This document shows, piece by piece, positions 1-12,700 of a stretch of DNA of 64,000 nt. The notes beneath the pieces were generated by a model. It saw only the letters and a program-made list of their open reading frames with translations. It did not search any database and was not told the DNA's origin. Origin of the DNA: Squalus acanthias (Eukaryota); contig CM059432.1 in assembly GCA_030390025.1 (NCBI GenBank), positions 28,584,001 to 28,648,000 on the forward strand, in the 5' to 3' direction. Positions within the stretch are counted from its first letter, which is position 1. Each line of letters begins with the position of its first letter. A program made the position numbers and the translations under genes.

Positions 1-142
1 GCAAAGTGAGGTTTTAAATAAATTTGTTTGAAAAGTGCCTGTGTTTCATTCTGCTAATTATTGAGGACAAGTCCATTCTCTTATTCTGGAACATTCCTTC
101 ACCTTCCCAGGTTTTCTTCAGGCAGAATGGAAGTGCCAGTCT

Positions 143-762
143 TAGAATCACAGAATCATACAGCATAGAAGGCCATTCAGCCCATCATGCCTGTGCCAGA
201 TCTTTGAAAGAGCGCTCCAATTAGTTCCACTCTCCTGCTCTTTCCCCACAGCCCTGCAAATTTTTCCTTTTCAAGTATATATCTAATTCCCTTTTGAAAA
301 TTACTATTGAATCTGTGTCCACCACCCTTTCAGGCAGTGCATTCCAGATCACAACAACTCGCTGCTTAAAAAAAATTCTCCTCATCTCCCCCCTGGTTCT
401 TTTGCCAAATACCTTAAATCTGAGTCCCCTGGTTACTGACCCTCCTGCCAATGGAAACAGTTTCTCTCTACTACATCAAAATCCCTCATAATTTTGAAGA
501 CCTCTTTTAAATTTCCCCTTAACCTTCTCTACTCTAAGGAAAACAATCACAGCTTCTCCAGCCTCACCACATAACTGAAGACCCTCATCCCTGGTACCAT
601 TCTAATAAATCTCCTCTGCACCCTCTACATGATGTTGACATCCTTCCTAAAGTGTGGTTCCCAGAATAAGATTCAATACTCCAGCTGAGGCCTAACCAGT
701 GATTTATAAAGGTTTACCATAATTTCCTTGCTTTTGTGCTCTCTGCCTCTATTTATAAAGAC
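143..762 (-). mobile_element. CR1 LINE 3' fragment
   Basis: Translated remnants [12 protein letters not shown] and TRG(L)RFKV...RRIFFKQRVV..WNALPE, plus a CR1-type 3' tail. Confidence 0.85.
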
Positions 763-940
763 AAATCTTCCTGCCTCCTCCACATCTTCTGGATTTTTTA
801 ATTCCAAAGTTATACGTTCAATACTCAAAACAAAATTTAAAAAAATGCTTATGAGGGCTGCAGGCCCACAATGCACTTCACAAATCGCTCGCCACTGGTT
901 TCGGCCGCACTGTACTAACAGATGCAAAACACTTGCTCAC

Positions 941-1037
941 CGCTTCATCCTGTTCAGGCACCAGTGTGCTGGTTATCTCTTCCACATAGTTCGCCGGAAA
1001 CCACAGCTGTTTTTTGCCTCCATAGTCTCCTCGCCAC
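941..1037 (-). CDS. PLCG1: PLC-gamma exon (~exon 22), [34 protein letters not shown]3 end
   Basis: 97 nt, aatcag acceptor and gtgagc donor. Confidence 0.95.
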
Positions 1038-4000
1038 CTGATTGGAGTGGGAGGGAAAAACATTCAGGATGAGGAAAGAAATACCAGCAGAATACAGGAA
1101 ATAAGCCAGCTACAATAACACACACAAAAAGAAATGTTTTATTTCCACTTTTTCTTGCACTTTCTATTTTAATTTATTATTTTCTCCTCTTGATCTTTCT
1201 TTTGTTCCTTCCCACCACCATCACACCATACAGCGGCACTGCAATAGGCCACTTCCTCCCCATCACAGTCACACCATACAGTGGCACTGCGATAGGCCAC
1301 TTCCTCCCCATCACAGTCACACCATACAGTGGCACTGCCAATGGCCTCTTCCTCCCCATCACCGTCACACTATTCAGCGGCACTGCGATAGGCCACTTCC
1401 TCCCCACCACCATCACACCATTCAGTGGCACTGCAATAGGCCACTTCCTCCCCATCACAGTCACACCATACAGCGGCACTGCGATAGGCCACTTCCTCCC
1501 CATCACAGTCACACCATACAGCGACACTGCAATAGGCCACTTCCTCCCCATCACAGTCACACCATACAGCGACACTGCAATAGGCCACTTCCTCCCCATC
1601 ACAGTCACACCATACAGCGACACTGCAATAGGCCACTTCCTCCCCATCACCGTCACACTATACAGCGACACTGCAATAGGCCACTTCCTCCCCACCACGG
1701 TCACACCATACAGCGACACTGCAATAGGCTACTTCCTCTGAAATATTGATCCACTAGAATGAAAGGTTGCTAGGAATGCATTGTTATTAATTTTATTTGG
1801 AAACACAACTACATCACTGAAGAGGTATTTTGAGGTATTGTCAGGACCACAGCCAACATTTGCAGAGACACACACATACACACATGTGTGGACACATACA
1901 TATACACACACATATGCACATGCACATATGCATGAGAATGCACACACACCAAATGCACATGTGCACAGACACAGAGCAGGCAGCAGGCATTAAGCAAAAG
2001 TTTAAGACTATGCTGTCAGAAAAGAATAAGATGGAAGGGAGGACATTAGCCTCTGGCCTTTTAACTTAGGAACCTGGGTTCAATTTCAACTCAGACTGAT
2101 AAGAAGAAAGTTTCCTCTCTGTACTATCTGTAAGGGTCCTAAATGAACTTTCTATATAGTTTCTATAATGTTCCAATTTTGGCATGGGCCCAAAGTAAAT
2201 ATGTGCCCCATAATCAGCACTGAAATGGTAGACACACACAATAAGCTCACAGGTTGGCTGGTGTAAGAAACATTACACTGGGAGGATGCTTCCGAGGTTA
2301 GAGCTGAGGCAGTGTTGGGTAGAGCTGAGGGAACTTTACTCCTGACTTGTGAATGCTGCTAATATCCCTTGCTCAAAACAAAAATCATCACTACCTACTT
2401 AAAAGTTTATTTTTAATTAGTTCCTGGGATGTGGGCGTCGCTGGCAAGGCCTGCATTTATTGCCCATCCTTAATTGCCCTTGAGAAGGTAATGGTGAGCC
2501 GCCTTCTTGAACTGCTGCAGTCCATGTGTTGAAGGTACTCCCACAGTGCTGTTAGGTAGGGAGTTCCAGGATTTTGACCCAGTGACGTTGAAGGAACGGC
2601 AATATATTTCCAAGTCAGGATGGTGTGTTACTTGGAGGGGAACTTGCAGGTGATGGTGTTCCCATGCTGCCCTTGTCCTTCTAGGTGGAAGAGGTTGCGG
2701 GTTTGGAAGGTGCTGTCGAAGAAGCCTTGGTGAGTTGCTGCAGTGCATTTGTAGATGGTACACATTGAAGACACTGTGCGCTGGTGGTGGAGGGAGTGAA
2801 TGGTTAAGGTGGTGGATGGGGTGCCAATCAAGCAGGCTGCTTTGTCCTGGATGGTGTCAAACTTCTTGAGTGTTGTTGGAGTTGCACTCATCTAGGCAAG
2901 TGGAGAGTATTCCTTCACACTCCTGACTTGTGCCTTGCAGATGGTGGAAAGGCTCTAGGGAGTCAGGAGGTGAAACACTTGCTGCAGAATACCCAGATTC
3001 TGACATGCTCTTGTGGCCACATTATTTATTTGGCTGGTCCAGTTAAATTTCTGGTCAATGGTGACCCCCAGGATATTGATGGTGGGGGATTCGACGATGG
3101 CAATGCCGTTGAATGTCAAGGGGCAGTGGTTAGACTCTCGCTTGTTGGAGATAGTCATTGCCTGGCAAATGTGTAGCGCAAATGTTACTTGCTGCTTATC
3201 AGCCCAAGCCTGAATGTTGTCCAGGTCTTGCTGCATGCAGACATGGACTGCTTCATTAACTGAGGAGTTGCGAATGGAACTGAACACTGTGCAATTATCA
3301 GCGAACATCCCCACTTCAGACCTTATGATAGAGGGAAGGTCATTGATGAAGCAGCTGAAGATGGTTGGGCCTAGGGCAGTGCCCTGAGGAACTCCTGCAG
3401 CGATGTCCTGGGGCTGAGATGATTGACCTCCAACAACCACAACCATCTTCCTTTGTGCTAGGTATGACTCCAGCCGGTGGAGAGTTTTTCCCCTGATTCC
3501 CATTGACTTCAATTTTACTAGGGCTCCTTGATTCCACATTCGGTCAAATGCTACCTTGTTGTCAAGGGCAGTCACTCCCACCTCACCTCTGGAATTCAGC
3601 TGTTTTGTCCATGTTTGGACCAAGGCTGTAATGAGGTCTGGAGCTGAATGGTCCTGCTGGAACCCAAACTGAGCATCAGTGAGCAGGTTATTGGGGAGTA
3701 AGTGCCACTTGATGGCACTGTCGATGACACCTTCCATCACTTTGCTGATGATTGAGAGTAAACAGATGTGGCGGTAATTGGCCGGTTTGGATTTGTCCTG
3801 CTTTTTGTGTACAGGACATGCCTGGGGCAGTTTTCCACATTGTCGGGTAGATGTCAGTGTTGTAGCTGTACTGGAACAGCTTGGCTAGAGGCATGGCTAG
3901 TTCTGGAGCACAAGTCTTCAGCATGACAGCCGGGATGTTGTCGGGGCCAATAGCCTTTGCTGTATCCAGTGCGCTCAGCCGCTTCTTGATATCACGTGGA

Positions 4001-7000
4001 GTGAATCGAATTGGCTGAAGACTGGCTTCTGTGATGGTGGGGACCTCAGGAGGAGGCCAAATGGAAATGATCAAATACTCCATAGAACATGATAGCTTCA
4101 TCCTGGAACTATAAATATAAAATCTATGGGAGGTAACGGGTACAAGGCAATAATGTGGGCTGTGAGATTAGATGGATATTCAGGTGTTTTTCTTTGAAGG
4201 AAATAGTTGAGACATTTATTTAGGAGACTAAACAAATGGGATAGGGACCATGCAGTTAGAACACATTCAACATAAGTGAATAGTCTTATTCCATGTTTTC
4301 TCATGTTACGACAGTGAAGTCCGACCTTTAATTTCTATTAATTCTCATTTTCCTCATGATCTGTGTAAAATCTGGCTCTGCAGCACATACCCAATATACA
4401 CCATACTTAGTATATGACAGTATACTCCCAGCTTCCAGCCTCTCACACAAACTCCTAACTATTAGCTTCTTGTATTCCCAACTCTCAGTCATACTCTGAG
4501 CTCTCCGCCTCTCACACTCACAGCTATCAGCTTCTCACACTCCCAGCACTCCGCCTCTCACACTCCCAGCTCTCAGCTTCTCACACTCCCAGCTCTCCGC
4601 CTCTCACACTCCCAGCTATCAGCTTCTCACACTCCCAGCTCGCCGCCTCTCACACTCCCAGCTCGCCGCCTCTCACACTCCCAGCTCTCAGCTTCTCACA
4701 CTCCCAGCTCGCCGCCTCTCACACTCCCAGCTCTCAGCTGCCGATTTTTCAGGTCTCAATCATACATCCAACTCTCAGCTTCTCACACTGGCGGCTCTCA
4801 GTTTCTCGTTCTCCCAATTCTCCGTCTCCCACAATGGCAGCACTTAGACTCTCCCTCTCCCAGCTCCTAGCCTCTCTTTTCCCAGATCCCAATCTCTCAC
4901 TCTCCCAACATCTATTCTCCTTGATTCTCCTTTGCTTACTCTGATAGCTTGGCTTGTTCTCTTTCCCATATTCTCAATTTCTGTTCTTCATACTCTCCCA
5001 TCTTTTCTTGCCAATTTTGCAAAATTTCGACATCTCTCCCTCATATTTTTTTGATAATTCCAGTTAACAGCACAACCTATTTAGCATAAATGTCAATTTG
5101 CAACAGAAAATCTGCTCCTTCAGCGAACTCACCATCCACCATCCTGCTTGTCGACATTGTGGATCAGGGCCTGTTTACAGAAGGATAGCTCATCCTCTCT
5201 CTGGGCTTTGTAATCATACAGCGCTTTAACTGTGCACTGGAAGAGAGCAGAGATAGAGTCCCACTGAAATGGGCAATTACAAAGGTATGAAGACAGAGTT
5301 GGACTTGGAAATAGATTAAAGGGTAAGATGGTAGATAAGCAGTGGCAGACATTTACGGAGATATTTCATAACTCTCAGCAAAGGTTTGTTCCAGTGAGAA
5401 AGAAAGACTCTACGAGAAGGATGAACCATCCGTGGCTAACTAAGGAAGTTAAGGATGGTATCAAATTGAAAGAAAAAGCATACAATGTTGCAAAGATTAG
5501 TGGTAGGCCAGAGGATTGGGAATTTTTTAGAAAGCTGACTGAAAAAAATAAAGAGGGAGAAGATAGATTATGAGAGTAAACTAGCAAAAAATATAAAAAG
5601 AGACAGTAAGAACTTCTACAGGTATATAAAAAGGAAGAGAGTAGCTAAAGTAAACATTGGTCCCTTAGAGGATGAGACAGGGGAATTAATAATGGGAAAC
5701 AGGGAAATGGCAGAGACTTTGAACAAATATTTTGTATCGGTCTTCACGGTAGAAGACACTAAAAGCATCCCAATAATAATTGATAATCAAGGGGCTATAG
5801 GGAGGGAGGAACTTAAAACAATCACTATCACTAGAGAAAAAGTACTAGGCAAACTAATGGGACTAAAGGCTGACAAGTCCCCTGAACCCGATGGCCTGCA
5901 TACTAGGGTCTTAAAAGAAGTGGCTGCAGAGATAGTGAATGCGTTGGTTGTAATCTACCAAAATTCCCTGGATTCTGGAGAGGACCCAGTGAATTGGAAA
6001 ACCGCAAATGTAACTCCCCTATTCAAGAAAGGAGGGAGACAGAAAGCAGGAAACAGTTAGCCTAACATCTGTCATTGGGAAAATGCTGGAGTCCATTATT
6101 AAGGAAATAATAGCAGGACATTTAGAAAATCATAATACAATCAAGCAGAGTCAACATGGTTTTATGAAAGGTGAAATCGTGTTTGACAAATTTACTAGAG
6201 TTCTTTGAGGATGTAATGAGCAGTGTGGATAAAGGGAAAGCAGTAGATGTAGTGTATTTGGATTTCCAGAAGGCATTTGATAAGGTGCCACATAATAGGT
6301 TACTGCACAAGATAAGAGCTTACGGGGTTGGGGGTAATATATTAGATTGGATAGAGGATTGGCTAACTAACAGAAAACAAAGAGTCGGGATAAATGGGTC
6401 ATTTTCAGGTTGGCAAACTGTAACTAGTGGGGTGCCACAGGGATCAGTGCTGGGGCCTCAACTATTTACAATCTATATTAATGACTTGGATGAAGGGACC
6501 GTGTGAACTGTTGCCAAATTTGCTGACGATACAAAGATAGGTGGGAAAGCAAGTTGTGAGGAGTACACAAAGAGTCTGCAAAGGGATATAGGTAGGTCAA
6601 GTGAGTGAGCAAAAATTTGGCAGATGGAGTATAATGTGGGAAAATGTGAGGTTATCCACTTTGGTAGGAAGAATAAAAAAGCAAAATATTATTTAAATGG
6701 AGAGAGACTACAGAATGCTGTGATACAGAGGGATCTGGATCTCCTCATACATGAAACACAAAAAGTTAGCATGCAGGTACAGCAAGTAATTAGGAAGGCA
6801 AATGGAATATTGGCCTTTATTACAAGGGGGTGGAGTATAAAAGTAGGGAAGTCTTGCTACAACTGTACAGGGCGTTGGTGAGACCACATCTGGAGTACTG
6901 CGTACAGTTTTGGTCTCCTTATTTAAGGAAGGATATACTTGCATTGGTGGCAGTTCAGAGAAGGTTCACTAGGTTGATTCCTGAGTTGAAGGGGTTGTCT

Positions 7001-9725
7001 TATGAGGAAAGGTTGAGCAGATTGGGCCTATACTCATTGGAGTTTAGAAGAATGAGAGGTGATTTTATTGAAACATATAAGATTCTGAGGGGGCTTGACA
7101 GGGTAGATGCAGGGAGGATGTTTCCCCTCGTGGGGGAATCTAGAACTAGGAGGCATAGATTCAGAATAAGGGGTCGCCCATTTATAATGGAGATGAGGAG
7201 GAATTTCATCTCTCAGAGGGTCGTGAATCTTTGGAATTCTCTACCCCAGAGAGCTGTGGAGGCTGAGTCATTGAATATATTCAAGGTGGAGATAGATGGA
7301 TTTTTGAAAAACAGGGGAATCAAGGGTTATGGGGAGTGGGCAGGAAAGTGGAGTTGAGGCCAATATCAGATCAGCCATGACCTTATTGAATGGTGGAGCA
7401 GGCTCGAGGGGCCGAATAGCCTACTCCTACTCCTATTTCTTATGTTCTTATTACTTTACACTCATTTAGGAACAATGGTCTAGCAGTCTTGGATTTTCTT
7501 CTCATTTTTGTGTTGATCTTGAAGGTTGTGTTAGGGCCTCGGACTCCGGTGTAGTGAGAAGCTAGATGGCCTCCATCACTACCACTCTTTTGGCCAGTGG
7601 CAGGGGCCCAGTGAGGACACCCGGTCCTCTGAAGGCAGATGCCATGGCCTGCACCCAGGTGGTATGCAAGGAATCCAACTCAGACTGGAGTGCAGCCAGG
7701 TGCCTGCCTGCATAACACAGGAGGCAGAGTAAAGCTTCTCTTCCCCAACAAAGTGCCTTGGTCAGCTTCAGAAGAGCACCAACAACAGTGCCATTTGCAT
7801 TTTCCACACTGGCAACCCTGTAGTCAGAGTGAAACTGCCAATTTAGTGTCTAGTTTTGCCTACGCCCACTAGGAACTGAATTAAGTTGGTGCAAACCAAC
7901 AGAGAAAGGAGACATTCGTCCTGTCAGCTTGAGCTGGATCCACGCACAGACCCTAGAGGTGAAAGGACAGTGTGCTAACCTACTGTACCACCCAGCCCCA
8001 TGGACCAAGATGCTCAGCCAACTACAACTTACCCTTGCTGTTGGCATCTTATTGGCTTCAACATAAAAATGAGGAGTCCGCACTTCATACAGGGCTCCAT
8101 AGTCCAGTTCCTGGAAGGAAAGTAATCAATAATCAGTGAGGAACACAGTTGATGAATGAATCACTACAACAGGAAGATCAGCCTCTGAATGTTGAGCTAT
8201 ACACTCTTATTCATTTTTGTTTAATTATTTTAATTTTTTCGATCACTTTGATCTTTTCTAAGTCTTGCTCATTATTGAAGAGGCAGTCAGAGTAGTTGCT
8301 CCCAGGCCTGTGTCCAAGCTCAGCTGTAATCAAGTGCATGACTGGTGCACTTGATTGGTGCGGAATTGCCCGCCAATTCCTTCATCCTCAAAGGTGCAAA
8401 TTTGTTTGACAAACTTTAAAGAAAAAGAAATAAAGATCTCACATTTATATAGCACCTTTCCCGAACACAGGACATCCCAAAACACTTCACAACAAACTAC
8501 TTTTTAAGTGTAGTCACTGTTGTAATGTAGGAAATGCGGCAGCCAATTTGCGCACAGCAAGGTCCCACAAACTGCAATGTGATAATGACCAAATAGTCTG
8601 TTTTAGTGATGTTGGTTGAGGGATAAATATTGGCCAGGACACCAGGGAAAACTCTGCTTCTCTTCCTTGAAATAGTGCTGTGGGATCTTTTACATCCACC
8701 TGAGAGGGAAGATAGGGCGTTGGTCTCATCTGAAAGATGGCACTTCCGACAATGCAGCATTCCCTTAGTACTGCACTGGGGTGTCAGCCTAGATTATGTA
8801 CTCAAGTCTCTGGAGCGGGACTTGAACCCACAACCTTCTGACTCAGAAGCAAGAGTGCTACCAGTGAGCCACGGCTGACACTTAAAAATTGTATTTACAA
8901 ACACACAATGATGTAAATCATATCAATGTCTCAGTTCTGTGTCCAAAATGATACCCTGAAGAAAATTAGTGAACCAGTTGTGTTTTTACAACAACCCAGC
9001 CACCCCACAAATTACCTAATTTAGTGAATTCAAATTCATAACTTGTCATGATGGGTTTATGAAATCACGAGCTCTGGGTTGCTAGTCTAGTACCATAACA
9101 ACTAGGCTACTCTAACCTGCTGACTTTGAGTAAGCTGCTATGATGACTCACTCATCGATTTTTGCTGCCTCCGCTCTGGGGCTTCTCCCTCTCCAGCTGA
9201 ATGGCCAGACCGAGAACTCTGCTGTGCACAATAGCTGTGTGTGTGTGTGTGTGTGTGGAGTGTGTGTGTGTGTGTGTGTGTGTGGAGTGTGAGTGTGTGT
9301 GTGTGTGTGTGTGGAGTGTGTGTGTGTGTGTGTGTGTGTGGAGTGTGTGTGTGTGTGTGTGTGTGTGTGGAGTGTGAGTGTGTGTGTGTGTGTGTGTGGA
9401 GTGTGTGTGTGTGTGTGTGTGTGGAGTGTGTGTGTGTGTGTGTGTGGAGTGTGCGTGTGTGTGTGTGTGGAGTGTGAGTGTGTGTGTGGAGTGTGTGTGT
9501 GGAGTGTGAGGAGTGTGTGTGTGTGGAGTGTGAGTGTGTGTGGAGTGTGTGTGTGGAGTGTGTGTGTGTGTGTGTGTGTGGAGTGTGTGTGTGTGTGTGT
9601 GGAGTGTGTGTGTGTGTGTGTGTGTGGAGTGTGAGTGTGTGTGTGGAGTGTGTGTGTGTGGAGTGTGAGTGTGTGTGTGTGTGTGGAGTGTGTGTGTGGA
9701 GTGTGAGTGTGAGTGTGTGTGTGTG

Positions 9726-9756
<31 letters not shown>

Positions 9757-12700
9757 GAGTGTGAGTGTGTGTGTGGAGTGTGTGTGTGGAGTGTGAGTGT
9801 GAGTGTGTGTGTGTGTGGAGTGTGTGTGTGTGTGGAGTGTGAGGAGTGTGTGTGTGTGTGGAGTGTGTGTGTGGAGTGTGAGGAGTGTGTGTGTGTGCGT
9901 GGAGTGTGAGTGTGTGGAGTGTGTGTGTGCGTGGAGTGTGTGTGTGTGTGTGTGGAGTATGAGTGTGTGTGTGTGTGTGTGTTTGTGGAGTGTGTGTGTA
10001 TATGTATATGTGTGTGTGTATGTGCGTGTGTGTGTGTATTACAATTGTGGTGCAATTTCCAATGAAAGGTTCACAGTTTTGCACAAAAAGTCCCTGAGGC
10101 ACTAAAACTACTTCTGAGCAGATCTGACCAATAGCAAATATCTCGCCTCAACCTCACTTGTCCTTCTTGTGATCTACCTATCCCTCACGCAGGCTGCTGG
10201 GAATTGAGAAAAAAAACTCCAAAAATGAAAAGTGAAGGAATAAAATCCCCACTCTCCCCACTTACTGTCGTGCCCATCTTCTCCAAGGTTTCCTCGTTGA
10301 TTGGGTACCGCAGTTTCATTTTACGGTACAGGGGGTGCTTTTCGTAATAATTCACCAGGTCTACCAGGCTCTCAAATTCCGCTGAGCTGCCGAGCATGAA
10401 GAGGCGTCCCTCCTGCTGGATCCGGCAGTGTTTAATTTTCCCCTCCGCCCTGGAAATCATGGACAAGATGAGTTTTATACATGAGACTGGAAACCCGTTT
10501 TCACAGACAAAGAACAATGATGTTACCGTTACAGTGATTAGTTACTAGGAAGCCAATTTTCCAAGGGTCTCACAACTTGCTGGTTTAATTTACAGATTTT
10601 TTTTTTGAATGAATCTTCCTGTTTCTTTAAGTTCTTGTTCTGCTCATCAAGATAAGGGATGTTAGTGCTGGAACTCCATATCAGATACTCAGTGTCAGTG
10701 CCAGGCACTCCCAGGCCAGGTATAGCACAGGTTAGACACAAAGTAAAGCTCCCTCTGTTCAGCTTCCAATGATGTGCATCCACCCCAAACTCAGAAGAGC
10801 TTCTCGTAGTGGACCAGTGTAATATTTTTCCATTCTTCACACCAACTATGATGTGGCTTCTTTGAGTGAGATTGTCAAGTTAGTGCTGAGTTGGGAGCAG
10901 TTTTGTTTTTCATACTGACAAAACCTAATTCATGCAAAGACCCTTCGAACCTGTAGACAAGAGAGATTTTCATCCCATCCTCGGTCTTTACAGGTAAAAT
11001 GTAAATTAGTGAGCCTACTGTACCATCTCTCAACTGATATAACTTTTATCTGTTGTTAACATTCATGGTTGACCCGTGCAGGAACTCACTGTTTGAGTCA
11101 ATGACCAGGTCATCAATCTGAATGTTTAAAGTAAAAGGACAATTTGTGAAATCTGTGTAGCTTACACAAATATTAATTCAGTCATAAAATTCATGATCAC
11201 TCACCGGAAGGATATGGCGTATGAGTTGGGCTCATTCCGTTTTCGCACTAAGAAGGCTCCGTCCCGCGGTACTCTCATTAGCATGTGCTCAGCCTGTAGC
11301 CGTGTTAGGTTGGCGTGGTACCACCTGATGGAACAACTTATTCTTATAATCATGCTCCCATATCACATCATATTCTTTTCTCATTCACTGAGTGAGCACC
11401 CCCTCATTTTTTCAGTCTCTGAGCTCTGCAGTTTCTTTTTCCTTTCCTAGGACCTCGCACTTCCCAAACCCGCGACTTTCAACACCTGGAGGGCAGCAGG
11501 TGCATGGATACACCACCACCTCCAAGTTCCCCTCCAAGTCTCAGACCATCCCAACTTGGACATATGTCACCGATCCTTCAATGTTGCTGGGCCAAAATCC
11601 TGGAACTCCCTAACAGCACTGTGGAAGCACCTTCACCACAAGGACTGCAGCGGTTCACGAAGAAGGCCCACCACCACCTTCTCAAGGGCAGCTAGTGATG
11701 GACAATAAATGTCAGCCTTGCTCACATCCCGAAGAATGATAAAACCTGTATACTATGGAATACCTCAACTTCCTCAGTCTTCCCTCCCCCTTATAATCAA
11801 CATGCCTTTAAAACCCAAGCTTGGTATCATTGAAGTACTGCTTGATTTAACTCCTATTTTCTCTGACACTCTTTAACCTTGATGGTGTCCCACACTGTGG
11901 ACCTTATTTAGATTCTTAATCAAAAAATACAAAAAAAAATAGCAACCATTGGCATAGACAAAGCAAGGTTCCTATGGCAACATGCATAACAGAATCCCAG
12001 CAAAAGCATTAAAGGGCCTTCACCCTTCATTTAAGTTTCTCAATTTAAAAAGCTGAGATAGATATATTCTAGATAACACTCACTCTTTGCTTTCATGAGC
12101 GTTTGGTTGTGGTACTGGGTCAGTCAGTCTCATCTCAAATTCATTACAGCGCAGTGGAACCTCCCGGTAATGGCTGATCAGGGTATAGAGGCTGTCAAAG
12201 ACCAGGTTGTCAGTCAGGTAGAACTTTGTGGTGCCAGCTTCTTGTCGCGAATGGATGCGGCAGTGCTGAACCCGCCCCGATCTCCTGTGCAAATGGAATA
12301 AATAAATCAGATCAAAAATCAATTGATCGTGGACAGCAAGTAAAGCAGGCAATCCTTATAGTATATCTAGGGGCAAGTCATTCCCTGGGTCATTGTTCCT
12401 CGCTAGCTTTGTTGTTAAGTGTCTCAATCCTAACTAAAGGTCACTCTCCAAAATGTTCCCGCACAGTGCACCATGGAATGATGGGACACAGGTCTACCTT
12501 TGAGATTCCCCATACTCCTAATTTCAATCACACCATTATTGGGATTTGTCAAATGGAGCAGGCAATACCTCATAAAAACAAGGGGAAAAAATATTTTAAT
12601 ATGACCCTTTCATTTGTATTCTGGAAGCTGGGATAACCTTACTCCCTCCAGTGGAATTCCCTTGCCTTCTTTTGCTGGAGAGCAAGAAAAAGGTGAATGC

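Noticed and set aside
1177..1741. 180-aa repetitive ORFs on both strands; CRISPR-like look
   Set aside because: A 48-bp tandem unit without stops; no unique spacers, no cas genes, eukaryotic intron.
5271..7450. Active LINE or host reverse-transcriptase gene
   Set aside because: 5'-truncated with several stops and frameshifts.
8810..8882. tRNA gene
   Set aside because: The A/B boxes belong to a multi-copy SINE head; no complete cloverleaf is evident.
9138..10105. Long His/Thr- and Cys/Val-rich ORFs (up to 316 aa)
   Set aside because: Translation artefacts of the (GT)n microsatellite.
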